Below, in pieces: positions 44,534-53,551 of a stretch of 64,000 bases of DNA. Below the pieces are notes generated by a model. That model had not been told where the DNA came from, did no database searches, and worked only from the letters and a program-made list of their open reading frames with translations. The DNA comes from a virus, in IMG/VR virus record IMGVR_UViG_3300037466_003379, positions 40,106-104,105 of that record; one strand, written 5' to 3'. Each line of letters opens with the position of its first letter. The first letter of the stretch is position 1. Position numbers and translations under genes: made by a program.

Positions 44534-45600
44534 AGGACACCTCGCATGGCGTTGTCGCGCCACGGATCTGCGGCTCTGGCGTACTTGACGACCATCGTGC
44601 TGTTCTCCGACCAGCGGGCGTGCCGGGCGACGACACCTGCCGGGACGCCCTTCCGGAGCGCCGCGGTGGCCGCTCCGGAGCGGAGGCTGTGTGCGCTGTA
44701 GAGCTCGGCGTCGGGCAGGCGTGCGGCCTTGGCGGCGGCCTTCACGACCCGGTCGACCGCCTCGCCCGCGATGCTCATCCGGCGCGGGGTGCCCCACTTC
44801 GTGACCGGCCGGAACAGCGGCGTCTCGGGGTCGAGCAGGCCCGGGGTTATGACAACCTCAGCGAGCTTCGCCCTGTAGACGCGGTGGGTCCGGACGGGGC
44901 AGACGGAGACGTGCGAGCCTGGCGGGACCGCCACCACGGTGCCTTCGGAGTCCTTGTCGGTCTTCGACGTCCGGATGGTGACGAGCAGGCCCTGCGGGTC
45001 CTCCACGACGTCGGCCAGGCGCAGCGCGGCCAGCTCGGAGCGGCGCACCATCATCCCGTAGCCGAGGGTCAGGATCAGCTGGTCCCGCAGGCCGACGTAC
45101 GTCGTCGGGTCGAGGGTCTCGACCATGCGCTCGATGTCCTCGGGGGAGAGGGGTCGAGCTTCCTTCGTCCGGCGGCCTTCGGTCGCCCGCTTCCGCTTGT
45201 ACCCCCGGAGGAGCTGGAGCGCGCCCTCGGTGTCGGGCTGCCCCTTGAAGCCGGCGACCGCGTGCAGCTTCCGGAGCGCGCCGATCGTGGTCGAGATCCG
45301 CGAGGGAGCGGCGTCGATCTCGATGAGGTGGGCGACGAACTCGGTCAGGGTGGCGTCGGTGGCCGGGATGGCGGTCCGGCGGTGCAGCCGACACCACTCC
45401 TCGAACTCTCGTCCGATTCGCTCGTATGTCCGCCGGGTGTTCTCCGGTACCGATTCCGCCAGCAGTGTGCGGGTCGTGTCGCTGATCCGCCAATCCGCAT
45501 CGGTGTACGGAGTGACTGATCTGTTGAGGTTCGGGTGCTCTGGCGCGGGAAGGACCACTAGGTCCGTTCCGGGGGTTTTCGCCGGGTGATCTTGAGTCAC
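44530..45600 (-). CDS. Cre-like tyrosine recombinase (resolvase)
   Basis: NTRRTY core-binding domain, GLRDQLIL...RRSEL, SKTD, HSLRSG, ARW and KY; no arm-binding N-terminal domain. Confidence 0.88.
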   Translation of the reverse strand: MTQDHPAKTPGTDLVVLPAPEHPNLNRSVTPYTDADWRISDTTRTLLAESVPENTRRTYERIGREFEEWCRLHRRTAIPATDATLTEFVAHLIEIDAAPSRISTTIGALRKLHAVAGFKGQPDTEGALQLLRGYKRKRATEGRRTKEARPLSPEDIERMVETLDPTTYVGLRDQLILTLGYGMMVRRSELAALRLADVVEDPQGLLVTIRTSKTDKDSEGTVVAVPPGSHVSVCPVRTHRVYRAKLAEVVITPGLLDPETPLFRPVTKWGTPRRMSIAGEAVDRVVKAAAKAARLPDAELYSAHSLRSGAATAALRKGVPAGVVARHARWSENSTMVVKYARAADPWRDNAMRGVL

Positions 45601-45617
45601 GGTCCGACCCTAGCGTC

Positions 45618-45651
45618 TCAGGTCGCGATAACTTCGCTTATCGCGTTCTGA
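45618..45651. other. lox/dif-like recombination site
   Basis: TCAGgtCGCGATAA-CTTCGC-TTATCGCGttCTGA: 14-bp imperfect arms with a 6-bp asymmetric spacer, 17 bp upstream of the recombinase start. Confidence 0.72.
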
Positions 45652-45922
45652 CGCGCCGGTGTCATACCGGAACCCCGGACCGTCCGAATGGCCGCAAGGC
45701 GACCCTCAGCGACACTGAGGAGGCCCTGTCTCCCCGTGAGGTCGGGCTTCCCTACCGGTTAACCGGACTCGCGCCCGTCTTGGCGCTTTTCAGTATTACG
45801 CCAGAACTGTCCGATTAGGTGGTCGACCCGGGATGGCTTCCCGGCTTCCCGCACGACTGCTCCGCGGACCCGGGCCGACCGACGGCGCCGGGTTCCACTC
45901 CAGACGCCGAGCGCGTGGCGGC

Positions 45923-45938
45923 TCGAACGCGTGTTCGA
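45923..45938. promoter_or_regulatory. LexA (SOS) box
   Basis: Perfect TCGAAC-GCGT-GTTCGA abutting the -10 TACGGT, 12 bp before ATG 45951. Confidence 0.75.
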
Positions 45939-45950
45939 TACGGTGCCGCG

Positions 45951-46247
45951 ATGGGCCGACAGTACGACGAGAAGGCGGCGCGCCAGCGGATCGCCGAGCG
46001 GGACCTCCTGGAGAAGGCGGCGCGCGAGCTGCGCACCCGGGCGCACGCCGACGGGTACGCCGGGCTGCGCGGGGAGTGGACGGTCGACGCCTTCGCTGCG
46101 GCACTGGAGGCCGAGGCCCTCGGCGCGACCGACACCGTGCGGCGGGATCTCCTCGTCGCGGCCCAGCGCATCCTGCGCGGTCCGGACGGGCCGAGGGACG
46201 GGCGGCCGGGTGGTCCGGCACCCCTGAACGCGGGCCGCGGGGTGTGA
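45951..46247 (+). CDS. Small helical protein, probably SOS-inducible and leaderless
   Basis: ATG just downstream of the -10; coding-like composition. Confidence 0.6.
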   Translation: MGRQYDEKAARQRIAERDLLEKAARELRTRAHADGYAGLRGEWTVDAFAAALEAEALGATDTVRRDLLVAAQRILRGPDGPRDGRPGGPAPLNAGRGV

Positions 46248-46576
46248 CCGCCCATTGCGCGATCGGGGGATCTTCCACTCACTCGGAAGGCGGAGTTAGC
46301 CGCTACACGGCTGTAGTTCGCGGCGTTTCCGCAGGTCAGATGAGTTCGGGTCTCGCGGAGCGCCGCTCCGAAGCTGTGGTGCAGGTCATCGAAAGGGTCG
46401 CGTTCGACAACATTTCCTCGGGATGACCACTACTCTCAGATCAACGCGAGTGCAGTGCAACACGCCGGACCGGGCAGGCCCGGCGCGACGCATAAAGAAG
46501 GGCCCCGTGCCACCGAGGCCCCTCGCGGATGTCCGACACCTACGACCCGCGGCGAGCGGTTAGGAGTAGTACACCC

Positions 46577-46828
46577 ATGGACGAAGCTACCTGGATTAAT
46601 TTTCCCCGGCCAGGCGGGGAACCCAATCGGATGAGCTGGGCGGCCGCCGTCGCGTCCTGCGCCGGCGTCCTCCACGACCCGCGCGCCAGGCGCTACCTGG
46701 TCATCGTCCTGCGGTACGTGGTCGTCGTCCTGGCGATCACGCTGGCGATCGCGCTGGCCTGGCAGTTCCCGTGGACCCCGGCGCTCGTCATCGTCGAGCA
46801 CCTGCTCGGCATCCCGCCCCTGCTCTGA
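46577..46828 (+). CDS. Small membrane protein
   Basis: RBS TAGGAG; long hydrophobic segment preceded by RARRY. Confidence 0.55.
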   Translation: MDEATWINFPRPGGEPNRMSWAAAVASCAGVLHDPRARRYLVIVLRYVVVVLAITLAIALAWQFPWTPALVIVEHLLGIPPLL

Positions 46829-47190
46829 CCTGCGCAGGAGCCGAGGCGGCCTCTACCTCCCGTACTGCAGAGGCTGGGAGACCTCAGGTAGAGGCTGCCT
46901 CCAGCTCCCGACCGGGGCCGCCCCAGGTGGCTCACGCGTTCCTGTAGCGCTGCGCCTTCTACGGCACCCGGCGGAAGTTCGTGAGGGCTGCTCCGGTGCT
47001 GCCCGGGCCTCGTCCCCCGTCTGCATGGAGGACGAGGACCCGGGCCCTCACCGGCTGCGACAGCCACGATGCAGCGTAGAAGCTGGTCGGCCGCGGAGAC
47101 CCGCACCCCGGCGCTACTTCGGCAGCCAGCCCGCCCAGGACGCCAGTTCGAGCAGGCCGACCGCGGCCGCGCCGAACACCGGGACGCCGA

Positions 47191-47493
47191 TCACGAAGCC
47201 GACGAGGAACCACCAGGCGTTGACGAGGCGCTGCCGCCAGCGGGGCCGGCGCCGAGGCTCGAGGCGGAGCGGGACGCGGGGTCCTTCCTCCAACGGGCGA
47301 GGTTCCGGCCGTACACCGTTCCGTAGATCGCCACCGACGCGAGGAAGCCCCACTGTCGGGTCGCAATCGCGTACGCCAGCCACAGGCCCTGAGCGGCCAG
47401 GCCGACCGCCCAGCCCGCCGAGCTCCGTCGGCCGGCCAGCCACATGCCCGTGGCTCCGACCAGTGTCAGCAGTACGGACCACCACCAGTTCAC
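47191..47493 (-). CDS. Small membrane protein (PnuC-like half transporter)
   Basis: G.WLAGRR...GWAVGL..Q.LW..YA...QWGF...YGRN...W pattern. Confidence 0.55.
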   Translation of the reverse strand: MNWWWSVLLTLVGATGMWLAGRRSSAGWAVGLAAQGLWLAYAIATRQWGFLASVAIYGTVYGRNLARWRKDPASRSASSLGAGPAGGSASSTPGGSSSAS

Positions 47494-47999
47494 CGGAGTC
47501 CGATGCTTGAGGCGCCGACGCCGAGGATCCCGAACAGGCCGAGGGTCGCGAGGACCAGGACCACGGCGGGCAGCAGGATCGGCAGCACCACCAGCGAGGC
47601 GGGGATGACCACCGGGGCCGTCGACCACCAGCCGGACCGCCGCGCCGGCGTTCCGGCGGCGCCCCAGCGGATGCCCAGCCAGATGAGCCAGCGGAGCAGC
47701 CAGGGGACGCCTTCCTCCCACATGACGCGGCGGAACACGCCGTCGGCGTCGACCGCGGAGATCGCGCCGGTCTCGATGCCGGTCACGCAGAACCAGTCGT
47801 GGAGGATCGAGCCCTCGGTGTAGCGGCCGGTGATCGGGACGAGCCAGGTCACGAAGCGGGGGACGGACGCGAAGTCGGTGACGAACCCTGCGGGCACCTC
47901 GAACAGGTCGCTGCGGCCCTGGTAGGCGACCGGCTTGGTCAGCTGCCAGAGGGTGTCGGAGACGCGCTCGACGGCGACGTCACTGGACAGGAACGGCAT
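47490..47999 (-). CDS. DUF1353-domain protein
   Basis: VPAGFVTDFASVP...ILHDW...ADGVF. Confidence 0.8.
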   Translation of the reverse strand: MPFLSSDVAVERVSDTLWQLTKPVAYQGRSDLFEVPAGFVTDFASVPRFVTWLVPITGRYTEGSILHDWFCVTGIETGAISAVDADGVFRRVMWEEGVPWLLRWLIWLGIRWGAAGTPARRSGWWSTAPVVIPASLVVLPILLPAVVLVLATLGLFGILGVGASSIGLR

Positions 48000-48252
48000 C
48001 CGGTGCCTCCTTCCGCGGTACTGGGGGGCGGGACAGTTCGGCGACGAGGCGGCCCATCAGCCCGTCCTGGCGGGTGCGGTAGCCGAACTCCTCGTGCGCC
48101 AGCAGCTCGCGCTGCACCAGCTCCCCGATCGGGCCGGGGTAGCGGCGCTTCGCCTCGAACGCGGCTGTGCGGATCCGCATGCGCTCGTGCGGGTCCAGGC
48201 GGTCCGGGCCGGCGGTCGGCGGGACCTTGGCGATCCCGAAGGGGCCGGTCAT
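47980..48252 (-). CDS. Hypothetical protein
   Basis: ATGA overlap; coding-like composition. Confidence 0.5.
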   Translation of the reverse strand: MTGPFGIAKVPPTAGPDRLDPHERMRIRTAAFEAKRRYPGPIGELVQRELLAHEEFGYRTRQDGLMGRLVAELSRPPVPRKEAPDAVPVQ

Positions 48253-48647
48253 CCTGCACCTCCCGTCGGAGTGGGGATCGGCCAGGCCGGGACGGGCTTC
48301 TTCCCGTTGCCGTCCCAGGGGGCGGCGTAGCCGTCGGTGACCATGCGGTGGGCCACGTCGACGCCGGCCGGGGTGGTGACCAGTGCGAGGAGGCGGCCGT
48401 ACTTGTCGAGCTTCACGACGTCGAGCTGGACGGCCGCGGGGAGCGGGCCGATCAGCTGGGCGAGGTGCGCGGCAGCTTCGGGGCCTCCGGGCTCGGAGTG
48501 CTCGCGGGCGTTGACCCCGGCGAGGCGGACGTCGAGCTCGATGCTCTGCCGTGGGGTCGGGAAGATCAGCGCTGTGACGTGGAGGGTGTCGCCGTCGACG
48601 ACCTTCGTGACCGTGGCCGGGTAGGAGTGCGTGGTCGTCGTGCTCAT
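48249..48647 (-). CDS. Thermonuclease (SNase-family)
   Basis: VVDGDT, VRLAGVNARE and DKYGRLLA. Confidence 0.85.
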   Translation of the reverse strand: MSTTTTHSYPATVTKVVDGDTLHVTALIFPTPRQSIELDVRLAGVNAREHSEPGGPEAAAHLAQLIGPLPAAVQLDVVKLDKYGRLLALVTTPAGVDVAHRMVTDGYAAPWDGNGKKPVPAWPIPTPTGGAG

Positions 48648-48897
48648 CGGATCCTCCACCAGAGCGGCAGCAGGAACCGGGCGCTGGCGCGGGCGAGGAC
48701 GGCGAGGGTGCGGAGGTTCGACAGCATGTCTCACCCCCTGGCTTGCTCACGTGCTGAGGGGGTTGGCCGCGAAGGTCGGCGCCGTGCGTCGCGGGGCGCT
48801 GGCGCCGACCTTCGAGGTCGCCCTGCCGTCGGGTGCTCGGCGGGGAGCTGCGGGGCCGTCGCGGGGCCCGGGGGGCGATGGTCGTATCGCTGTTGAT

Positions 48898-49122
48898 CTA
48901 GTTGGCGTAACCGACGAACTCGTAGACCAGCCTGTGGCCTTCACTACAGGGTGAGCGTAGTTCGTAACGCTCAGTTGCGCTGTTCCCGGGGCGGGGTGCT
49001 TCCGAAACCTGCCCGTTGGACCAGGCCGCAGCTGCCGAGACGATCAATGACCGCCCGGCATCCTGCGGAACCTCGACAACCTCCACCGCGGCGCGCGGTC
49101 CGCCGCGCAGCTCCACCTGCAT
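48898..49122 (-). CDS. Small hypothetical protein
   Basis: LRGGP...ERYE...VYEFVG. Confidence 0.45.
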   Translation of the reverse strand: MQVELRGGPRAAVEVVEVPQDAGRSLIVSAAAAWSNGQVSEAPRPGNSATERYELRSPCSEGHRLVYEFVGYAN

Positions 49123-49457
49123 CAACACCACCCCTTCGGAGTAGTCGGCGAGATGGTGCAGCCGCAGACACCCGAGAAGCTGCACGCGCTACATCCGGGC
49201 TTCTCAGACAGGGAGGGCGGATCGACCGGATCGGACGAAGGTTCGACAACCAGACCGCGCAACCGGGATTCCCGCCACAGCAGACACTCGATCGCCGGAT
49301 CACCCTCCGCCCACTGCTCCCAGCGATGCGGATCGCAGACCCGGCAGCGCACGTTCCACAGCGCCCGCCCCTCGACGGTGCGACGGCCCAGCTCGGTGCG
49401 CTCCGGCCGGTGCGCTTCCACCAGGGCAGCCACGAACTCGAAGAACGTGCGATGCAC
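49122..49457 (-). CDS. Cys-rich hypothetical protein
   Basis: RBS GGAGGAG; CxxC motifs. Confidence 0.4.
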   Translation of the reverse strand: MHRTFFEFVAALVEAHRPERTELGRRTVEGRALWNVRCRVCDPHRWEQWAEGDPAIECLLWRESRLRGLVVEPSSDPVDPPSLSEKPGCSACSFSGVCGCTISPTTPKGWC

Positions 49458-49541
49458 GGCGCGCTCCTCCCCCGAACTGTCGGCCCCGGCCGATACGCTG
49501 GTGAGGCACCGCACGGGGAGGGGTTCTCGTGCGTTGGGGTC

Positions 49542-49574
49542 AAGGCCCGGCCGCCGCGAGGCGACCGGGCCTTT
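49542..49574. terminator. Terminator-like hairpin
   Basis: AAGGCCCGGCCGCC-GCGA-GGCGACCGGGCCTT. Confidence 0.55.
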
Positions 49575-49589
49575 CCCGTTCCCCCTTGG

Positions 49590-49742
49590 ACCAGGCGGGC
49601 GCTCCCCTGCTCGACAGCCCAGACCGGACGCCCTGCTGGTGCCTCAAGCGGACCTGGCGACCCCCCGAGCAAGGGCAGGCCCAGCACCTCGAGTGCGCGC
49701 GTCAACGGTCGGCCGCCCGATGTGGGTAGCGCACCGCCTGGT
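49590..49742 (-). ncRNA. Candidate ~153-nt rod-like structured RNA
   Basis: The ends pair (ACCAGGCGGUGCGCU / AGCGCCCGCCUGGU). Nested stems need G-U pairs that exist only on the minus strand. Intergenic. Confidence 0.45.
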
Positions 49743-49755
49743 GATCGTGAGCCCC

Positions 49756-49983
49756 TCAGCGGCGCCGCAGCTGCGGGCCGGGCGCGAGGCGCCGTGGCCG
49801 GCCGAGCCGGTTCACCGTGAAGGACCGCTGCGTGTCGCCGGGGGCGGCGATCAGCTGGGCGAGGTGGTGGTCGAGGGCGTGGTCCATCGCCGCGTACCAG
49901 GACCGGGGCCACGTGGTGACGATCTGGCCGTCGCCCTCGGGGCAGAGGTGGCAGGTGACGGTGATGGGGTCGTGCTCGCCCAC
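49756..49983 (-). CDS. Small zinc-finger-like protein
   Basis: CHLC...H...HH; RBS AGGAGG. Confidence 0.45.
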   Translation of the reverse strand: MGEHDPITVTCHLCPEGDGQIVTTWPRSWYAAMDHALDHHLAQLIAAPGDTQRSFTVNRLGRPRRLAPGPQLRRR

Positions 49984-50028
49984 GCGCCCTCCTGTTCGTG
50001 CTCGGAGGTGCGCAGGGGCTGGGGACGA

Positions 50029-50066
50029 CGAAGGCCCGCCGACCGGATCGGTCTGGCGGGCCTTCG
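50029..50066. terminator. Terminator hairpin
   Basis: CGAAGGCCCGCC-GACCG-GAT-CGGTC-TGGCGGGCCTTCG. Confidence 0.65.
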
Positions 50067-50136
50067 CGAGTGTCTGTGCGTGTCTGGAGAGACACGTGTG
50101 GCAGGCAGGAAGCTATCACCTATCCGCGGATCACTG

Positions 50137-50463
50137 TCAACCCGAGGCGCCCAGACGGGGGTCGATGCGGTCGAGGACGACCGGCCAGCGGGCGAGCTCG
50201 GCGCGGAGCCGCGCGATCTCCTCCTGCCGGCGCATCGCCGCCCCGGGGTCGTCCACGGAGCCGTACAGGGCGGCCCGCAGGACCCGGTCCCGGGTCTCGC
50301 GCGGGATGCCCTCGTCGTCGAGGGCGATATCGACCATGCCGAGGATGCGGCGCAGCATGTCCATCTGCAGCCGGTACTGGGCGTCCAGCTCGTGGGCCTC
50401 CGCCGCGGCGGGCATGCGGCCGAGGTAGCCGCGGACGATCTCCTCGACGCGCTCAGTCCTCAC
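50137..50463 (-). CDS. Hypothetical protein
   Basis: Coding-like helical ORF in the operon. Confidence 0.5.
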   Translation of the reverse strand: MRTERVEEIVRGYLGRMPAAAEAHELDAQYRLQMDMLRRILGMVDIALDDEGIPRETRDRVLRAALYGSVDDPGAAMRRQEEIARLRAELARWPVVLDRIDPRLGASG

Positions 50464-50878
50464 GGGGCTCCCCCTGGGCTTCGTGGATCTTCGTCTCCAG
50501 GCCGTCCAGCCACTCGGACTGCTGCGCCTTCTCCAGCTCGTGGAGACGCTCGACGGACTTGATGCTGGCCGCGACGTGGTTCTCCCGGTCGGCCTGGCGC
50601 TGCTCGTCGTCGCGGGCGATGTCGACCTCCCGGTAGTGCTCGAAGCGCCGCGCGGCCTCGCCCTCCCGAGCCTCCAGCGAGGCGACCGCAGCGATGTTGC
50701 CGTGCGCGGCCGCGAGGTAGGCGGAGGCGAGCGCGCGGAGCAGGGCGAGCGGGCTGCTGCGGTTCAGCAGACGCCCTGCGGACGCGGCGGCCAGCTTCGC
50801 CTTCGCCAGGTGGGCGGCCACGTCATCACGCAGCTTGCGCAGCTCGGCGTCGGAGATCAGGTGGGGGGTAGCGGACAC
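50453..50878 (-). CDS. Coiled-coil hypothetical protein
   Basis: RBS GGAAGG; helical. Confidence 0.5.
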   Translation of the reverse strand: MSATPHLISDAELRKLRDDVAAHLAKAKLAAASAGRLLNRSSPLALLRALASAYLAAAHGNIAAVASLEAREGEAARRFEHYREVDIARDDEQRQADRENHVAASIKSVERLHELEKAQQSEWLDGLETKIHEAQGEPRED

Positions 50879-51060
50879 GGGGTGGTGCCTTCCTGCTCGG
50901 TAGGAAGCTGCTCGGACCCGGAGCAGCGGCGGGCAAACACGACCGTGCTGAGGGCGCCGAACTGGTTGTGCGCCCACACCTGGCCGTTGTCGTTGAGGCG
51001 CTTGAGCTGCCCGCAGACGGGGCAGCGCCCATACCGGGTGCGCTGGGGTACGTCGATCAC
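50857..51060 (-). CDS. Small zinc-ribbon protein
   Basis: CPVCG...H...CSGS. Confidence 0.5.
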   Translation of the reverse strand: MIDVPQRTRYGRCPVCGQLKRLNDNGQVWAHNQFGALSTVVFARRCSGSEQLPTEQEGTTPCPLPPT

Positions 51061-51470
51061 GTTGATGCCTCCGCGGGCACGCTGGCGCCCTCCGGGGTGT
51101 CGCGGATCCGGAGGAACGCGGTGACGTCGTCGGGCTTGTAGCCGCCGGGGTGTCGCTGGAGCCGGTACCGGACGCCGCCGCGGACGATGCCGCGGTTCCC
51201 CCACATCGACACGACGTCCGGGACCACGCCCGCGAGCTCGGCGACCTGGGCGCGGGTCATCAACTCCCCCGGCGGGGTCGTGTCCGGCTGCGGGACGAGC
51301 CACAGGTCGTCGCCGAACCGCTCGGCCATAGCGCGGATGCGCTCCGCCTCCACGGGGGCGTGGCGTTCGAGTTCGGCCCAGCAGAACTGGGCGTAGGTGC
51401 GCGCGCGGTCGGCCGGGGTGTCGTTCCCGAACGGCCACGGCGCGCGCTGCGGGACGCGCTGCCGGATCAC
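51057..51470 (-). CDS. HTH DNA-binding protein (MerR/excisionase-like C-terminus)
   Basis: LMTRAQVAELAGVVPDVVSMWGNRG. Confidence 0.65.
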   Translation of the reverse strand: MIRQRVPQRAPWPFGNDTPADRARTYAQFCWAELERHAPVEAERIRAMAERFGDDLWLVPQPDTTPPGELMTRAQVAELAGVVPDVVSMWGNRGIVRGGVRYRLQRHPGGYKPDDVTAFLRIRDTPEGASVPAEAST

Positions 51471-52261
51471 GACGCGACGCGGCCGGCCGTCGCGATGAGG
51501 TTGCGCTCGTCCTGCTCGTGCCGCTCCACCGACGCCTGGTTGCCGCAGGTGGAGCAGGTGATGAGGTTCCGGGTGTGATCGCGGTTCAGGGTGCGGCAGT
51601 GGCAGTGCCGGCACGGCGTCCGCAGCCGGGTGGTGGCGATCTGCCCGGTCGCTTCCTGGGTGGCGCGGAACAGCTCGAGGATGCGGATGGCGGCCGCGGG
51701 GCCGTCGCGCTCCACCCAGAAGTCGGTGCCGTCGCGGCGCACCACGACGCCGCGGCCCTGCCCGCTCCACGGGTTCTCCCCCAGTGACCGGGCCCGGTAC
51801 TCGTGCGGGCCGAGGGCGAGCAGCCAGCTCGTGTTGCGGCGGAGCAGGATCGAGCCGCGGGTGACCCGGTCGATCGTGCGGGACATGCGGGTGGCCATCG
51901 CCGACCACGGCAGGCTCATCGCGTCGGCGACGAAGTCGGCCCAGGTGCATACCTCGTGGTCGATGAGTCTGACGATGGCGTCGAGGTGGGTGTCGAGCGG
52001 GATCGGGGCGTGGATCTCCCCTCCCCCGCTGCAGTCGTCCTGCCGGTAGATGATCGCGAGCTTCGGGAGCTGCTCGGCCTCCACGGCGAGGACCTGGCGG
52101 GGCAGCTCGTCGAGCGCGTAGGCGAGGGTGCGGCGGCATCCTCCGCACAGCGCGTCGTCGGTGTGCGCTGGGGTCCAGCCGGTCCGGACACCACCGGGGC
52201 CGTAGACGGGGATCCGCTCGGTGCAGTCCTGGCCGCGGCGGCACTCCTGGGCGGCGCTCAC
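51467..52261 (-). CDS. Zinc-binding protein of the type found before actinophage late genes (possible late regulator)
   Basis: LCGGC...L..LP, PIPLD, PCRHC and CSTCG; paired with the HTH gene. Confidence 0.55.
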   Translation of the reverse strand: MSAAQECRRGQDCTERIPVYGPGGVRTGWTPAHTDDALCGGCRRTLAYALDELPRQVLAVEAEQLPKLAIIYRQDDCSGGGEIHAPIPLDTHLDAIVRLIDHEVCTWADFVADAMSLPWSAMATRMSRTIDRVTRGSILLRRNTSWLLALGPHEYRARSLGENPWSGQGRGVVVRRDGTDFWVERDGPAAAIRILELFRATQEATGQIATTRLRTPCRHCHCRTLNRDHTRNLITCSTCGNQASVERHEQDERNLIATAGRVAS

Positions 52262-52512
52262 CGACCGCTCCGGTAGCGGGTCACGCCCAGCTCCACGACG
52301 GCCATGAGGAAGAACCACAGGATGCCGAACGCGAGGGGCCGCAGCGACAGGAGCGCGAGGGTGGCGGCAGCACCGGTGAGCAGGCCGACGAACGCGAGCG
52401 TGGCGAACGGGCCGAGGCCCGGCTTCTTCGCCGGCGGCTCGGACGGCTGGGGTGCGGACTGCAGCAAGGGGGGACCTCCCGGGGAGCAGGAGGGGCCGGG
52501 CCGCCCGGGCAC
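52258..52512 (-). CDS. Small membrane protein
   Basis: Two C-terminal TM segments; start uncertain. Confidence 0.4.
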   Translation of the reverse strand: MPGRPGPSCSPGGPPLLQSAPQPSEPPAKKPGLGPFATLAFVGLLTGAAATLALLSLRPLAFGILWFFLMAVVELGVTRYRSGR

Positions 52513-52596
52513 GTGGGCGGTCCGGCCCCAAGGGGGTGGGGAAGGTGAAGCGGGGGCGCCGCCCGCCCCGGGTCGCGTCGGGGCGGGCGGCGCCGG

Positions 52597-52947
52597 TCAG
52601 ACGGCCAGCTGGTGCTGGTCGGGGTCCGGGGCCTCGGTGGGCTCGGGGGGCGTGGGCTCGGCTGCGCTGGGCAGGCCGAGCGGCCGGGGCTCGCGGACCC
52701 CGCAGGTGAGGGAGACGATCCGGTCGAGGATGGCGACCATCCAGGCCCGGTCGGTGTCGACGCGGCCGTTCGGGGAGGCCATCGCGATCACCTGTCTCCG
52801 GTACTCCTCCGCGTGCTGGCGGACCCGGTCGATGCGGCCGGTGGCCTCGTCGGCGCGTGCCTGCTTGGCGGTGGCGTCGTCGAGGGCGCGGAGGAACGTC
52901 TCGATCGACGGCGTCGCGGGGACGTCGATCTGCAGGACGGCGCTCAC
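52597..52947 (-). CDS. Hypothetical protein
   Basis: Overlapping operon gene. Confidence 0.5.
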   Translation of the reverse strand: MSAVLQIDVPATPSIETFLRALDDATAKQARADEATGRIDRVRQHAEEYRRQVIAMASPNGRVDTDRAWMVAILDRIVSLTCGVREPRPLGLPSAAEPTPPEPTEAPDPDQHQLAV

Positions 52948-53159
52948 CGGGACCGCCGCCGGTTGAGCCGGCGGGAGGCGCGGGCTCGACGGTTCCTCGA
53001 GCGGGAGTCGCGGCGCGTCTGCTCCTGCGCGCCGGTGACCCAGTGCTCGCCGCTGTAGCCAGCGGCGAAGCGCGCCAGCATGACGCGCTCGTCCTTGTTC
53101 TGCGGGGTGGTGTCCGGGTCGTCGTCGGCCTGGACGTGGACAGGGCTGTCCGAGGGCAT
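52944..53159 (-). CDS. Small basic protein
   Basis: Starts in a GGAGCACCCGATG motif. Confidence 0.5.
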   Translation of the reverse strand: MPSDSPVHVQADDDPDTTPQNKDERVMLARFAAGYSGEHWVTGAQEQTRRDSRSRNRRARASRRLNRRRSR

Positions 53160-53260
53160 CGGGTGCTCCGTTCCGGAGGGGTGACCGGTCGGGACCTGCT
53201 CGCTCGCTCCGCCCCCGCCGGGGCGGGGAGGGGTGTGCGGAGGTTACGGGCAGGGTCGAG

Positions 53261-53551
53261 CTACTTGCGGTGCTTCACTGGTCCATCGGTAAGACGTGGG
53301 ACCTCCGTTACAGGTTGCTCGGAGTCGGTTTCGGGTTCACGCGGGGCGGGTAGCTCGATCGGTTCGTGCTTGGCTCGGTCGTCGCGTAGCGCTCCCCGGA
53401 CGACCATCCAGAGGGCGCCGACCACTCCCCCAGCGATGATCCCTGCCGTCCGGTACACGGGAGGCCATCCCCAGCCGATCGCGAGGTAGAACAGCGTGTT
53501 GCTGGTGGCTACCGCGGTGATCGCGGTGAGCAGCTTCGTGTACTGGCTCAC
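53261..53551 (-). CDS. Small two-TM membrane protein
   Basis: GTGA overlap with the methyltransferase; two hydrophobic helices. Confidence 0.5.
   Translation of the reverse strand: MSQYTKLLTAITAVATSNTLFYLAIGWGWPPVYRTAGIIAGGVVGALWMVVRGALRDDRAKHEPIELPAPREPETDSEQPVTEVPRLTDGPVKHRK

Noticed and set aside
44530-45600. Lambda-type integrase marking a prophage boundary
   Set aside because: No arm-binding domain, phage-like genes continue on both sides, and no tRNA or att duplication was seen.
45628-45636. ATAACTTCG identity to the start of loxP
   Set aside because: The match spans arm and spacer out of register with loxP, so it is probably coincidental. The site call rests on its own dyad symmetry.
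45755-45766. Palindrome CCGGTTAACCGG as a telomere-resolution site
   Set aside because: Too short, and the recombinase looks Cre-like rather than protelomerase-like.
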